Translations under genes and position numbers: made by a program | The notes under the pieces: generated by a model | Seen by the model: the letters and a program-made list of their open reading frames with translations, nothing else | Database searches by the model: none | What the model was told of the DNA's origin: nothing | Part shown: one piece after another, positions 24,398-38,369 of the stretch | Position numbering within the stretch: position 1 is the stretch's first letter | Layout of the letters: each line of letters opens with the position of its first letter | Assembly: GCF_048593235.1 (NCBI RefSeq) | Contig: NC_133620.1 | Span: forward strand, 48,734,852-48,798,851 | Direction: 5' to 3' | Origin: Sminthopsis crassicaudata | Lineage: Eukaryota | Length of the DNA: 64,000 nucleotides

Positions 24398-26297
24398 AAA
24401 AGTTTTCTCCTAGTTCTCATTTTGCTCATTATTAGTTCATAGTGGTCTCCCCAGTTTACTTGGAAATTCCCATTTCCTCATTTCTTCTAAAATATTTCAT
24501 GACATTGATATCATAATTTTTTCAGCCATTCACAAATACATAAGCTGTCTCTTATATTCCAGGGGCGTTTTGCTTCTATAAATAGAGCTCCTTAGACATC
24601 CTTTCTTTGATCTCTTTGAGATATAGCCCTTAAATTGGACATGATTCAGAGACTTTGCAGATTGTATGACAAAAATAGTTTGTAAACAATTTTCACAAAA
24701 TTGGACGTGTTTTACTCATATCTACTTTATTTGCTACAATTAAGAAAAATGCCCACAATTTAGAATTGCCAAGTTTAGCATAAAACCGGTTTTGAAAGAG
24801 AATTTCTAGAAATACTGTGCCCATTTTTTTGTCTCTTTAAGACTATTAATATGAGAGGTGACACAATATATTGCAAAGATGTCACACTTGGCATGTAACC
24901 AACTGATTTCAGCTCAAACCAGATTAAAATATAATTTTGAAATAGCAAAACAAAATAAAAACATTAAAATAAAACTAAATAAATAAAATACAAGAAATAA
25001 AACTAAGTAAACATGTAGCCTGCAGGGGAACTTATGAACTGTTCTGTGTCCATTGTTTCTAACTGAGCCTGGTGTAGTTGGTAGGGAATCAGGAAGACTT
25101 GAGACAAGATCTCCCTTTGACACTTACTAGCTAGCAGACCCTACAGAAGTTATTTAATATTCAAATGTTCCTTAAAGCTCTCTATTAATTGTTAAGAAGA
25201 TGATGAAAGAATGAATAAAGAAAGCATTTATGTATCCCTTATGTGCAAAACATTATACTAAGTGCTGATGATACAAATAGAAAAGTAGAATGTTCCTTTT
25301 TTCTCATGGAGAAACCATCATAACCACTGAGACACTGCATATGGAAAGTTTCAACTGTAAATCAGATGGAAAGTCCTCATGATCTTTAGGGAGAAGCAGA
25401 AAAGCAACATTAATGTCTCTTCTTTAATGTCATTTCCACTAATAAAATCATACCAGGTTCAGCAGAACCATTTGACAGGGACAAGAACTTTCCTTTATGA
25501 GTCTTGAGTAGGTGTAGCAGAATCTCTTTCAAAGGAGTTGCCTTCCAGATTTGGATTCCTTTATACTCATATTTTTCCTCCTTCTGCTCATTTCACTCTG
25601 CACAAATCTACAGTGACTCTTCTACATTTTCTCTGAAATTGTTCCTCACCTCTAACTCATAAAGATCTTTCCTGATACTCGTGCTGGTGCCCTCTCTCCC
25701 AGATTCTCTTGTGTTTAATTCCTTTGTATATATATTTTATTCACAAATTTGATAGTTATGGTTGATAGTTTTCATATGTTCTTTTTGTTATCCTTATTAG
25801 GATATAAGCTCACTGTTTCATTCTACTTAACAGCCTTAGCACCCAACATAGTACATAATAGTACACTTACTAAATACTTGTGAATTGGAAAGTCAATTAA
25901 AAAAAACAAAAACAAAAAACACAATATTATCCAGATCAGAAGTACAATTCAGCAATTTATACAATGCAATTAAAATATTTAAATATTAACTTCTCTTTAT
26001 ATTGACTGGTATAAAATTTGGCTTTAAACTATAATCTTCTGTTGGTAATAGAAATAGTTATATTGAATTTGGCATTTAATCCCCACTTTAAAGAAAACTA
26101 GAGAGTCAAGATCATTCAAAGAATGTAGCTTCATCAACCAGTTCAATTCTACTTAAGTCAATGAAAATTGTTAAACTCTTTCATAAATCATCAACATTTC
26201 TATAACCCACCAATAAGACATAAGTGGGAAGAAATTAAAAAAAAAAAAGGCAAATTCCATATAAAATGATTACAGAGTATACAAAACACTTGGGAGT

Positions 26298-27545
26298 ACT
26301 TTCCAGGATACACAATGGAACTATAAAAGTACAACTACAAGCAGTTCAGAAATAAAATAGATCTAATTAATTGGAAAAAATATTAATTGCTCTGGGTTGG
26401 ATGAGCCAATATAATACAAATATAATACAAATGATACTACTATCTAAATCAATTTATTTATTCAATGTGATACCAACTAAACTATCAACATATTAAAGAA
26501 CAAGAAAAATAATAAAATTCATATTAAGGGGTGGAAAAGTCCAGAATCTAAAGAGAAATAATGATAAGAAATCTTAGAATGAAATTATCTCCAATTAATA
26601 GGCCTACCATTAACTGAAATACTGATTTGGGACACATAACATAATAAAAGGATTAAAAAGATACAATTAAATGGGGGGAGGGAAGTTTTGCAAAATGATT
26701 TTCTAATAAAGGTCTCATTTCCAAACGATGTAAATAATTAATTCAAATTCATAAGAAAAAGAACCATTCTTCAATGGAAAAATGATCTAAGGTTATAAAT
26801 AGATAGTTCTCAAGGGAAAAGTAGCAATAGGCTAACAATAACCATATTTTAAAAATTGTCCAAGTAATTGCTAAAGCAATTATAAGGAGATTCCACTCCT
26901 CCTCACCCATTATAGAGGTAAAAATGATTGAGAAAAGGAATATGACAAAGAGTGGAAGGGAAAACAAATATATTGATGCATTGTTTTCATTTTGGAAAGC
27001 AATATGAAATTACAGAGTAAAAGTTACTAAACATTGTCTGCAATTTGATCCAGCTATTCCACTTCTAGGCCTTATGCTCAAAGGATATTAAAGAAAGTGG
27101 AAAAGGTCCTTTTCCTGCAAACAAACAAACAAACAAATAAATAAATACATAAATAAATAAATAGATAAATAAATTATAGCAATTCTTTTTATGGGAACAA
27201 AATGGGAAGGAGGAAATATGGGGAGGCCCATCAATTGAAAAATGGCTGAATAATTAGTGGTATATGAATGTGAAAGAGTACTATTGCAAGAAATAAGGAA
27301 ATAGATGATTTTTAAAAGACATGGAACAGCTTATTTTACTGATAGAGTGAAATAGTATAATCAGAATAGTTCACAGTATAAAATCAATATTATGAAAATG
27401 AAAATAATTGAGGACTTTTATAAAATAACTAAAATAAAATGAGCAGAACCAAGAGAACAGTTTATACAACGACATTATAAAAACCAACTTGACAAAACAT
27501 GCTCTCCATTACAGAATGGTGGCAGGATTTAGGGTACAGAATGAG
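26298..27545 (+). mobile_element. Decayed L1 ORF2/3'UTR (spacer 3 copy)
   Basis: Homologous to 7805-8960. Confidence 0.75.
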
Positions 27546-28441
27546 ACATGAGTCTCTGTCTCTTTGTCTCTCTGACTCTCTTTACTCTCATTCTTTCCTC
27601 TCCCTCTCCTCTCCCCCTTGGAGTGGAAGGAATGGGATGGTAGGAAGAGAAAACATTCCTGATAATTTAAAATGTAAGAGTGCTGCTTTAGACCTAAAAA
27701 GGCATTTGCACTTTCAGATGAGGTTTTACGGATCTGCTTAACTTCACTGTGAGGTTCACCTCGTGAGAGGCCGGAGCAGACCATGTTGTCATGTTTCAAT
27801 AGTGAAGGCCTTAGATCCATGTTCTCCCCATCAAGGTCCAAGACCCTGCCTGGGCTTCCTCCAGCCAGCTTCTCACTAGCACCTCATTGGGATGTTATCT
27901 TTTTATTATTGCAAAGGAATTAAAGATATAAATATCAGCTCTAGAGCAAGTGCAAAGAATCTTTTTTGACAGAAGGTAGGACTGAGTGGCCTACCCTCCC
28001 ACTTCAACGAGTCCTTTCCGTACCTCGTTTGTAACTGACGGGTTTGCCCATTATTTTCCTGTTTAGACTTTAAACTCCTTGAGGGCAGAACCTATCTTTC
28101 GCCATTCTATGTATTCCCAGAGCTCAGCAGGTTGCCTAACACATAGTAGGTACTTAATAAAGGGTTATTGCCCGGAGTGACAGGTCTCTTGGGAGCTCAG
28201 GAATAATCCCGCCTATAGGGAAGGCATCCCAGAGACGCCCCATTGTGAGCCCGGAGCTCCGTAGCTACTTTGGGCACTTTGGGGATCTTTGCACGACTGC
28301 TCTATGAAAATGTGAGAGTTAAAGCGCTTCACAAAGCGAAAGTCGCGACAAAGGATTGAGGCGGCGTCCTGCTGGCACTTGACTGCTGCTCTCGACTAGT
28401 TTGGGGGGAAAGCTGTTGGAAAGAGAAATTTAAATAGTAAT

Positions 28442-28513
28442 TGTCAGAAGAGACCTTCCAAATCTCGCCTCCAGGGTAGACTGCGACCAGAACTCTGCGC
28501 CTTAGACTGCTTA
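28442..28513 (-). pseudogene. Decayed, 5'-truncated tRNA-Leu(CAG) at the unit 3/4 junction
   Basis: TGTCAGAAGAGACCTTCCAAATCTCGCCTCCAGGGTAGACTGCGACCAGAACTCTGCGCCTTAGACTGC aligns to 47644-47726. The B box is destroyed and the anticodon is mutated to CTG. Confidence 0.85.
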
Positions 28514-28689
28514 ACACGGTGTGTGTCTCTACACGCTTCTCAGGTGAAGCTGTCTCACTGATCGTTTTGAATAACAGGCTTTTAAGAAACTAGGTTACGT
28601 TTCCATAAGAAAAAAATTCTAAGATAAATTTCCGGAAGAAACACGCAGCTTCACTACTCCAAATATTTCCCTGGCATCCTACTCTTGTT

Positions 28690-29150
28690 TCCCAGGTGAC
28701 AAACATCTCACTCCTACCCATCCTTTCTCCACTCCTGCCTTCCCTTCTTTTTGCCTTCTCGACTCCTTCCTCTTGTCTTCTGCACCCCATCCTCACTTCC
28801 CACACTCCCCTTTTGCCCCCCTCCCCACCTCCTCCTTCTTCCAGTCCGATTTTTCACATCCCACTCTTTTTTGCTTCCCCCAATCCTCTCTTGTATCCCC
28901 CATCCTTACTTCCAATTCATCCTCACTTTCCACTTTCTTTTTTTTATTCCCCCTCATCTCCCCTCTCTTCCATCCATCATCCACACTTCCCATTTATTTT
29001 TGCTTCCCCTCTCCACCTCTTCTTTCTCTTGCATCCACCACATTCAGTTCCCACTCTCCTTTTTTGCTCCCCCTCCCACTTGTCTCTTCCACCTTCACTT
29101 TCTATCCTTTTTTTGCCCGCCTCTTCCCCCACCCTCCTCTTTAGTTTCCC
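28690..29150. repeat. Polypyrimidine minisatellite upstream of copy 4
   Basis: Same motif family as 570-965 and 10365-10865. Confidence 0.75.
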
Positions 29151-29310
29151 CAGTTCCTTTCTAAAGAAGGGTGTCCGAGCACTTCATTCAGGAGCCGATG
29201 CCGCTTTGGGCAGAGGTGAAAGCTTTGGAAAGATAATTAGGACATTCATTAGAGCCTTTCTCACAAGGAAACATCTCTGCCTGACAAATGCCCCAGCCAG
29301 CGAAACACCG

Positions 29311-29575
29311 CGAACTTTCCCGAAGTCCTAGACACAGATCTCACTCCTATGACATCACCTTCTAGGCCCCCTCCCCTCCGTCCACTAGCTCCAGCCAGAA
29401 CCGGGGAGAATTTGCTGGAGAAGGCGAGTTCTCTGTCCTGATTGGTCAGAGCAAGCGGAGGGGGGCGGAATTGCTCAAAGCGCCGGTGCCAGCTCTGGGC
29501 TGTTCAAGAAGGCGCCCGAAGGTTCCCGGGCAGAGGAGGAGGGAAGGAGGCGGGGCTGGGGCAGCTGCATAAATA
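29311..29575 (+). promoter_or_regulatory. Heat-shock promoter of copy 4
   Basis: Perfect HSE 29311-29325, inverted CCAAT, proximal HSE 29502-29526, CATAAATA 29568-29575. Confidence 0.9.
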
Positions 29576-29779
29576 GGCAGGACCTGAGCTGGCCCGGCAC
29601 ATCCCAGCTGAGCATCCACAGAGAGCCAGAGCTCCAGCCGCAGCAGAGAGGCACACGACCGGTCCGCGTCCTTCCTCCAGCGAGACCGAGAGCATCCGAA
29701 CGTCAGCCAGCCACCTTTCTCCTGAGACTTCTGCTCCGCACTCCCGGGAAAGAGCAAGGGAAGGAGTCCTGCCGCGATC

Positions 29780-31711
29780 ATGTCTGCTCCCAAGGGCACG
29801 GCNNNNNNNNNNNNNNNNNNNNNNNNNNNNNNNNNNNNNNNNNNNNNNNNNNNNNNNNNNNNNNNNNNNNNNNNNNNNNNNNNNNNNNNNNNNNNNNNNN
29901 NNNNNNNNNNNNNNNNNNNNNNNNNNNNNNNNNNNNNNNNNNNCGCGGCGAAAAACCAGGTGGCCATGAACCCGCAGAATACGGTGTTTGACGCCAAGCG
30001 GCTGATCGGCCGCAAGTTCTCCGACCAGGTGGTGCAGTCCGACATGAAGCACTGGCCCTTCCAGGTGGTGAGTGAGGCCGGGAAGCCCAAGGTGCGGGTG
30101 TCCTACAAGGGGGAGAGCAAGTCCTTCTACCCCGAGGAGATCTCGTCCATGGTGCTGAGCAAGATGAAGGAGACTGCCGAGGCCTATCTGGGCCAGCCGG
30201 TCAGCAACGCGGTCATCACGGTGCCGGCGTACTTCAACGACTCCCAGCGCCAGGCCACCAAGGACGCCGGGGCCATAGCCGGCCTCAACGTGCTGAGGAT
30301 CATCAACGAGCCCACGGCGGCGGCCATCGCCTACGGGCTGGACAGGTCGGGCGCAGGAGAAAGGAACGTGCTCATCTTCGACCTGGGCGGGGGCACCTTC
30401 GATGTGTCCGTGCTCACCATCGACAACGGCATCTTCGAGGTGAAAGCCACGGCGGGGGACACCCACCTGGGCGGGGAGGACTTTGACAATCGCCTGGTGA
30501 ACCACTTCGTGGAGGAGTTTAAGCGCAAATACGGGAAGGACCTGAGCCAGAACAAGCGCGCCCTGAGGAGGCTGCGCACAGCTTGTGAAAGGGCCAAGCG
30601 CACCCTGTCCTCCAGCACCCAGGCGAACCTGGAGATCGATTCCCTGTACGAGGGCACGGACTTTTACACCACGATTACTCGGGCTCGCTTTGAGGAGCTG
30701 TGCTCAGACCTCTTCAGGGGGACCCTGGAGCCGGTGGAGAAGGCCCTGCGGGATGCCCGCATGGACAAGAGCCAGATCCAGGACATCGTGCTGGTCGGGG
30801 GCTCCACCCGCATCCCCAAGGTGCAGAAGCTGCTCCAGGACTTCTTCAATGGCAAGGAGCTGAACAAGAGCATTAACCCGGACGAAGCGGTGGCTTACGG
30901 GGCGGCCGTGCAGGCGGCCGTGCTGATGGGAGATAGGTCCGAAAAGGTACAGGATCTCTTGCTCCTCGACGTGACGCCCCTGTCCCTGGGTCTCGAGACG
31001 GCAGGGGGGGTGATGACAACGCTGATCCAGAGGAACTCCACCATCCCCAGCAAGCAGACGCAGACCTTCACCACGTACTCGGACAACCAGCCGGGAGTGC
31101 TGATCCAGGTGTACGAAGGCGAGCGAGCCATGACCCGGGACAACAACCTGCTGGGTCGCTTTGAGCTGTCGGGCATCCCTCCCGCGCCTCGGGGGGTCCC
31201 CCAGGTCGAGGTCACCTTTGACATCGACGCCAACGGCATCTTGAACGTCTCGGCCACGGACAAAAGCACGGGCAAGGCCAACAGGATCACCATCACCAAC
31301 GACAAGGGCCGGCTGAGCAAGGAGCAGGTGGAGAGGATGGTGCGGGAGGCGGAGAAGTACAAGGCCGAAGACGAGGCTCAGCGGGAAAGGGTGACTGCCA
31401 AGAACTCGCTGGAGTCCTATGCCTTCCAGGTCAAGAGTGCCATGCGGGAGGACGGCCTTCGAGACAAGGTCCCGGAGGAAGACAAGAGGAAGGTGCTGGA
31501 CAAGTGCGAGCAAGTCCTTTCCTGGCTGGATGCCAACCAGCTGGCCGACAAGGAGGAGTTTGAGCACCAGAAGAAGGAACTGGAGAGGGTGTGCCAGCCC
31601 ATCATTGCCCGGCTCTACCAGGCACCTGGTTCTCAGGGAGGGAACAGCTGTGGCGCCCAGGCCCGCCATTCCCATCCCACCTCTGGGCCCACCATTGAAG
31701 AGGTGGATTAG
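29780..31711 (+). CDS. HSPA6: HSPA6-like HSP70, copy 4 (643 aa)
   Basis: Translation identical to copies 2 and 3. Confidence 0.92.
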   Translation: MSAPKGTXXXXXXXXXXXXXXXXXXXXXXXXXXXXXXXXXXXXXXXXXXXXXXXXAAKNQVAMNPQNTVFDAKRLIGRKFSDQVVQSDMKHWPFQVVSEAGKPKVRVSYKGESKSFYPEEISSMVLSKMKETAEAYLGQPVSNAVITVPAYFNDSQRQATKDAGAIAGLNVLRIINEPTAAAIAYGLDRSGAGERNVLIFDLGGGTFDVSVLTIDNGIFEVKATAGDTHLGGEDFDNRLVNHFVEEFKRKYGKDLSQNKRALRRLRTACERAKRTLSSSTQANLEIDSLYEGTDFYTTITRARFEELCSDLFRGTLEPVEKALRDARMDKSQIQDIVLVGGSTRIPKVQKLLQDFFNGKELNKSINPDEAVAYGAAVQAAVLMGDRSEKVQDLLLLDVTPLSLGLETAGGVMTTLIQRNSTIPSKQTQTFTTYSDNQPGVLIQVYEGERAMTRDNNLLGRFELSGIPPAPRGVPQVEVTFDIDANGILNVSATDKSTGKANRITITNDKGRLSKEQVERMVREAEKYKAEDEAQRERVTAKNSLESYAFQVKSAMREDGLRDKVPEEDKRKVLDKCEQVLSWLDANQLADKEEFEHQKKELERVCQPIIARLYQAPGSQGGNSCGAQARHSHPTSGPTIEEVD

Positions 31712-34700
31712 ATGAGGGACTTTGGCTGGCTAGGGGATTGTTAGCTAATGAACAACAGGTGCACGTGCTGCTGGTGTCTCCAGAGGAAGCGTCAGCATTC
31801 TGTTCTTTTCCCAACTGCTATCTCTGGACAGCTTTGTTGTGAGCAGGCCCGCCTTTGGGCATCCTGACTTTTTGACTTTTTCTTTCAACTCTTCCCTTCT
31901 CAACAGGGGAAGCAAAAGCTTGTTTATTTCGTTCTTTCTCTGACTGCTGTCAATATGTATGTTTTCTTATTTAAATCTGTTTCAATAATTTATGAGAAAA
32001 TGTTTTGTATCATTTATTTAGAATATTTCAATAAACTATGAAAGGAAATTACTAAGTTGTCTCTGTTGCAAGGATAGAAAGAGTGTTTTAAAAATTATTT
32101 AAAAATTCATTTATTATTGGTAACCTTGTTTTATATCATTTTCATTTCCAATGAGCTATGGATTTAAAGGGGGGGGGCAGGAGAATGGTAACAATTCAGT
32201 AAAACTAGTGAACACAGGAAGTCTCATTCATATATTTCACACTTACATTTCCCCAAACTTTGAAATGAGGGCAGGGTACATACTTCTTAATTCCCTTTTA
32301 TTTCTATTTTTCCTCTTTCTTTCTCTTTCTCTGTCTTTCCCCATTCCCTCTCTCTCTTCCTCCCTTCTCTTTCTCTCTATCTCTTCTCCCCCTTTGTTTT
32401 TCTCCTCTCTCTTTCTGTCTCTCTGTGTGTCTCNNNNNNNNNNNNNNNNNNNNNNNNNNNNNNNNNNNNNNNNNNNNNNNNNNNNNNNNNNNNNNNNNNN
32501 NNNNNNNNNNNNNNNNNNNNNNNNNNNNNNNNNNNNNNNNNNNNNNNNNNNNNNNNNNNNNNNNNNNNNNNNNNNNNNNNNNNNNNNNNNNNNNNNNNNN
32601 NNNNNNNNNNNNNNNNNNNNNNNNNNNNNNNNNNNNNNNNNNNNNNNNNNNNNNTCTTTCTGTCTCTGTGTCTCTGTCTTTCTGTGTGTCTCTCTCTTTG
32701 TGCCTGTCTCTTTCTGTGCCTCTGTCTGTCTCTGTGTGTTTTTGTCTGTGACTCTGTGTGTCTCTCTCTGTGTCTCTGGCTGTCTTTCTCTCTGTCTCTG
32801 TCTGCCTCTTTCTGTTTCTGTGTCTCTGTCTCTGTCCCTCTCCATCTCTGTCTGTCTCTTTCTCTCTGTCTCTGTCTCTGTGTGTGTGTGTCTCTGTATC
32901 TGTCTCTGTATCTGTCTCTTTCTGTCTCTGTCCCTCTCTCTTTCTGTGTCTGTCTGTCTCTGTCTCTGTATGTCTGTTTGTCTGTTTATCTGTTTCTTTC
33001 TCTGTCTCTTCCCCTTTCCACATCCCTTACCTTTTCAAGTAGAAAAAAAGATAGAGGTGAGTTCATTCCTGGGGCTAAGAGAAGATAATGCAGCCCCTAT
33101 GGCCTTTGAGGAGGCAGGTCAGTTTTAGTCTGTTGGGATGTTATAGCAAAGCAGACCAAGACATGACCTCTTTCTTGCAAGTACAAGGTAGTATATACTC
33201 TGCAATTGCCTCCATCCTTTATCTTGAATTATTTCCAGGCCTGGCCTGTTTTATCTTGGTCTGGGCTTACATCTATGTTCACAACTAGACTATAAGTAGT
33301 CTATATTTTAACAAAACATTCCACAGACATTTTGTAGATAACATCTGTTGCTTTCCCTCTTAGTTCTTATTCTCAGGAAACCATACTGTGGAAAAGTAAC
33401 AAAAATAAATAACAAAAAAGTGACCAAAATAAAATCCATGGAAAATAAAATTTTAAATTATAAATGTAAAATTCAACCAATTAGGAATGAGGAATGGAAG
33501 GGAACATATATGACAAACTTTAACTCTACTTTTATAGGTGAAGAAATTGACTACAAGAGGACTGTGACAGGCCTAAGGTCATATGTTAGTAAGCTATAAA
33601 ATTGAGAATAGGTACCAAATGTCAGTTAGAATCATAAGGCTTAGAAAGAATTTGTTTCCATTTTAAATATACCTTGGGTTGCACAGATATGTTTCTCTTG
33701 CCTTTGACAATAACTAAAAAGGGGGGAAATCCTTATAACTTACTGTTGAGAAATCAGTTTATCCTTACTAGAAAAAAAAAAGAAGAAAAAAAAAGAAAAA
33801 GCAAATGAAACATGTATTTTGCTCAACAAAAGGTGGAGGTAGAGTCAATCAAATTATTCCACAGTTTGAGTGTGGACAGTTCATATGCTAGGCCAGCTAC
33901 CCTATCCAAGTGAGAATTCTTTTCTCCTGAATCAATCATAGGCCTCATTCTGACTTTTAGTTATGTCTGTCACCTCTCTAGCAGCAACAAGAGGAGGAAG
34001 ATGACATTCTTGATTTTAAGGCCTCAGGTATTGTGGGTTTATCATTGTCTCTGTCTTTGCAGTGATTCATTGAAGTGATCAGGGTTGTATCAACTTTCAA
34101 AGTTGCTTTTCTTTATAATTTATTTTTGCCTTTTTTTTTTTTTGCTTAATAGTATTTTTCCCATTTACATGTAAAGATAGTTTTCAAAATTCATTTTTGT
34201 AAGATTTTTGAGCTCCAAAAATTTTTCCCACTCTCTTCCCTCCCCTCTCCCCAAGACATCAAGCAATCTGATATACATTATATATATGATATTAAACATA
34301 TTTTCATATTATAATGTTTTCATTAAAAAAGTTTTCTCCTAGTTCTCATTTCACTCATTAATAATTCACAGTAGTCTCCTTAGTCAACTTGCAAACTCCC
34401 ATTTTCTTATTTCTTCTAAAATATTTCAATACATTCATGTCATACTTTTTTTCAGTCATTTATCAATAGATAAGCAGTCTCTTATATTCAGGTTTTTGGC
34501 TACTATAGATACAGCTCCTCACAAATCCTTTCTTTGATCTTTTTTGGGGTATAGGCCTCAAATTGGATATGATTCAAAGACTTTGCAGATTGTATGACAA
34601 AAACAATTGGTAAACTATTTTTTTCACAAAATTGGACATATTTTAGTCATGCCGACTCTACTTGTTAACTTTTCCCATGATTTAGAATTGCCAAGTTTGT

Positions 34701-37700
34701 AATAAAATGGAATTTGAATTAGAATTTCTGGAAATGTTGTACTCATCTTTTTGTCTCTGTAGTACTAGCAGTATGAGAGGTGGCAAAGTATACTGCAGAC
34801 ATGTCATACTTGATATGTGAACAACTGAGTTCAGCCCAAACCAGATTAAAATATAATTTGGAAATAGTTAACAAAACAAACAAAACAAAATAAATAAAAA
34901 TACAATAAATATAGCAAATAAGAATTTTTCAAAACTAAATAAATATGCAGCCTGCAGGGATCCTTATGGACTTTTTTGTGCCCCTTGTTTATATTTGAGC
35001 CTGGAGTAGTTGATAGGAAGCCAGGAATATTTGGGTGCAAGATCTCCCTCTGACCTATACTAGAACCTACAGATGTCCCTTAACATTCTAGTGTTCCATA
35101 AAGCTCTCTATTACATTTGCCAAGAAAGTGCTGAATGAATGAATGAAATAAGCATTATTAAACACTTACTGTATGCAAAGCGCCTGTGATAACAAGTAGA
35201 AAAGTAAGATTTTCACTTTTCTTGTGGAACTCACATTCTAACCACTAAGAACACACATTTGGAAAGTCTCAACTCAACGTCAGATGCCTCATGTCTTCAG
35301 GGAGCAGCAGAATAACAATATTAATGCCTCTTCCTCTAATAAAGTCATATCAGTTTCTGATACTGAACCATTTGACAGGACCAAAAACTTTCCTTTCTAA
35401 ATCTTGAATAGATGCTCCTAAGGGAGTAATTGCCAGACTGCATTTCCTTCACAGGGATTACCTTCCAGACTTGCATTTCTTTACACTCATATTTTTCCTC
35501 ATTCTGCTCATTTCACTATGTAGGAGCCCACAGTGGTGATCTACATTTTCTCTGAAATGTTCATCATCTCCAACTCACAGGATCTCTCTCTTTTCTTAAG
35601 AGACCGTTCTTGATATCAGTGCTGGTGCCTTTTCTCTCAAACTCCCTTGTATATATTTTTATTTACAAATTTGATACTTGTGGTTCATGTTTTTCATATC
35701 TTCTTGTAGTTATCCCTATTAGAATGTAAGCTCTTGGTTAGTGGAAAGTGTTTCATTCTTTCTACTTATAGTCTTAATGCCCAACACAGTACAAAGTAAT
35801 ATAAGTAATAAATATTTATAAATTGGAACAACCCAAACCCATTTTTCAGACCAGAAGTACAATTCAACAATGTTACAATGCCATTCAAATATTATCAATA
35901 TGAAAATATTAAATTGTTTTCATGTTGACTGGTATACAATTTGACTTTAAACTATAGTCTGCTATTGATAATAGAAATAGTTACATTAAGTTTGGCATTT
36001 GATACCTGCCTCAGAGAAAATTAGAGCCTTCAGAGGACATTTAAGGTCACTTAAAAGATGTAGCTTAACTACCCAATTCAATTCCATTTAGGTAAATGAA
36101 CATCCATTAAGTTCCTGTAGAAATCACCAATGTTTCAATAAGACATCAGTGTTCTTCCCACTCAAAAATTTTTAAAAAGGCAAATTCCATTGAATATGAC
36201 TACAGAGTACATATAAAATACTTGAGAGTCTACTTTCCAGGATACACACAAAAATAATAAATATACAACTGTTAACTGTATTCAGAAATAAAAATTGATT
36301 GAAATAATTGGAAAATATGAATTGCTCATGGGTAAGTTGGACCAATATAATAAAATGACACTACTATATAAATCAATTTACTTATTCATTCCTATACCAA
36401 CTGAAATACCAACAGATCAAGAGAACCTGAAAAATAATAATAAAATTCATGTTGGGGGGTGATGTCCAGAACCTAAACAGTATAATGATAAAAATTTTAG
36501 AATGACATGATTTTTAGTTAAGGAACTTACCACTGCTTGGAGTACTGATTTGGGACACAAAATAACAAAAGGGTTAAAAGAATACAATTGGGGGAGGGAA
36601 GGGGAAATCTTTGTAAAATGAATCACTCATAAAGGTCTCATTTCCAAATTATGTAAAGAATTAATTCAAAATCATAAGAAAAAAAGGCCATTCCTCAATG
36701 GAGAAATGGTCTAAGGATATGAACAGATAGCTTTCAGGGCAGGAACTAGTAAGAGGCTAATAACAACCATATTAAAAAATTGTCCAAGCAATTACTAAAG
36801 CAATTATAAGGAGAGTCCATCTCCCATACATCAGAGTGGCAAAGATGATTTTAAAAAGGAATATGATAAAGAATGGATGGACTGTGTGAGAACAAATACA
36901 CTGATGTATTTGCAATACACTGATGCATTATTTCCATTTTGGAAAGCAGTTTGGAATTATACATTAAAATATACCAAAGATTGCTTGCCCTTTGACCCAG
37001 CTATTCCAGTACTAGGCCTATACTCAAAAGAGATTAAAGAAAGAGAAAATGATCCTTTTTTTCTGCAAAAAATAATGATAGCAATTCTATTTGTGGTAAT
37101 AAAAAGGGGGGGGGAAGGAAATTAAGGGGCTGCTCATAAATTGAAGAATGGCTGAATAATTAGTGGTATAAGAATATGAGATGACTAAACAGATATGGAA
37201 GAACTTTTATGAACAGAGTGAATGAGCATAATCAGAAAGTAACATCAATATTATAAAAATGAAAAATTTGAAAACTTTTATAAACTAATTAAAAAAAAAA
37301 AAAGAACAGAACAAAGAGTATAATTTATACAACACTTTAAAAACCAACATGGCAAAACACGTTCTTCACTAGAGAATGGTGACAGATTTAGGATACAGAA
37401 TCCCTGGACTAACATCCCACTCCTACCCATCCTTTCTCCACTCCAGCGTTCCCTTCTTTTTTGCCTTCTCGCCTCCTTCCTCTTGTCTTCAGCACGTCAT
37501 CCTCACTTCCCTTTTGCCTCCCTCCCCACCTCCTCCTTCTTCCAGTCCGATTTTTCACATCCCACTCTTTTTTGCTTCCCCCACATCCTCTCTTGTATCC
37601 CACATTCTTATTTCCAATTCATCCTCACTTTCCACTCTCCTTTTTTACCCCTCCCACTTTTCTTTTCCATCTTCACTTTCTATCCTCCTTTTTTGCCCGC

Positions 37701-38369
37701 CTCTTCTCCCACCCTCCTCTCCTGAGGTAGAGACTTTTCCCCGTCCCTTCCTAAAGAGGGGTGCCCGAGCACTTCATTTCAGGAGCCGATGCCTAGCTTG
37801 GGGCAGGGATGAAATCTCTGGGAAGGTCATTAAGAGATTCATTAGAACCACTCTCGCAAGGAAACACCCCTGCCTGACATGCCGCTGCCCGCGAAACACC
37901 GCGAACTTTCCCGAAGTCCTAGACACAGATCTCACTCCTATGACATCACCTTCTAGGCCCCCTCCCCTCCGTCCACTAGCTCCAGCCAGAACCGCGGAGA
38001 ATTTGCTGGAGAAGGCGAGTTCTCAGTTCTGATTGGTCAGAGCAAGCGGAGGGGGCGGAATTGCTCAAAGCGCCGGTGCCAGCTCTGGGCTGTTCAAGAA
38101 GGCGCCCGAAGGTTCCCGGGCAGAGGAGGAGGGAAGGAGGCGGGGCTGGGGCAGCTGCATAAATAGGCAGGACCTGAGCTGGCCCGGCACATCCCAGCTG
38201 AGCATCCACAGAGAGCCAGAGCTCCAGCCGCAGCAGAGAGGCACACGACCGGTCCGCGTCCTTCCTCCAGCGAGACCGAGAGCATCCGAACGTCAGCCAG
38301 CCACCTTTCTCCTGAGACTTCTGCTCCGCACTCCCGGGAAAGAGCAAGGGAAGGAGTCCTGCCGCGATC
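31712..38369. repeat. Second B-type spacer, near-identical to 13449-20111
   Basis: Background ORFs recur with identical translation at offset +18,258 (14830/33088, 15090/33348, 16588/34846, 18619/36877, 19118/37376). Confidence 0.95.
37902..38165 (+). promoter_or_regulatory. Heat-shock promoter of copy 5
   Basis: Perfect HSE 37902-37916, inverted CCAAT, proximal HSE 38092-38116, CATAAATA 38158-38165. Confidence 0.9.

Noticed and set aside
28442-28513. Anticodon reads CTG, suggesting a Leu-to-Gln anticodon-shifted tRNA
   Set aside because: The B box is destroyed and the 5' acceptor strand is missing, so it is a pseudogene rather than a recoding tRNA.
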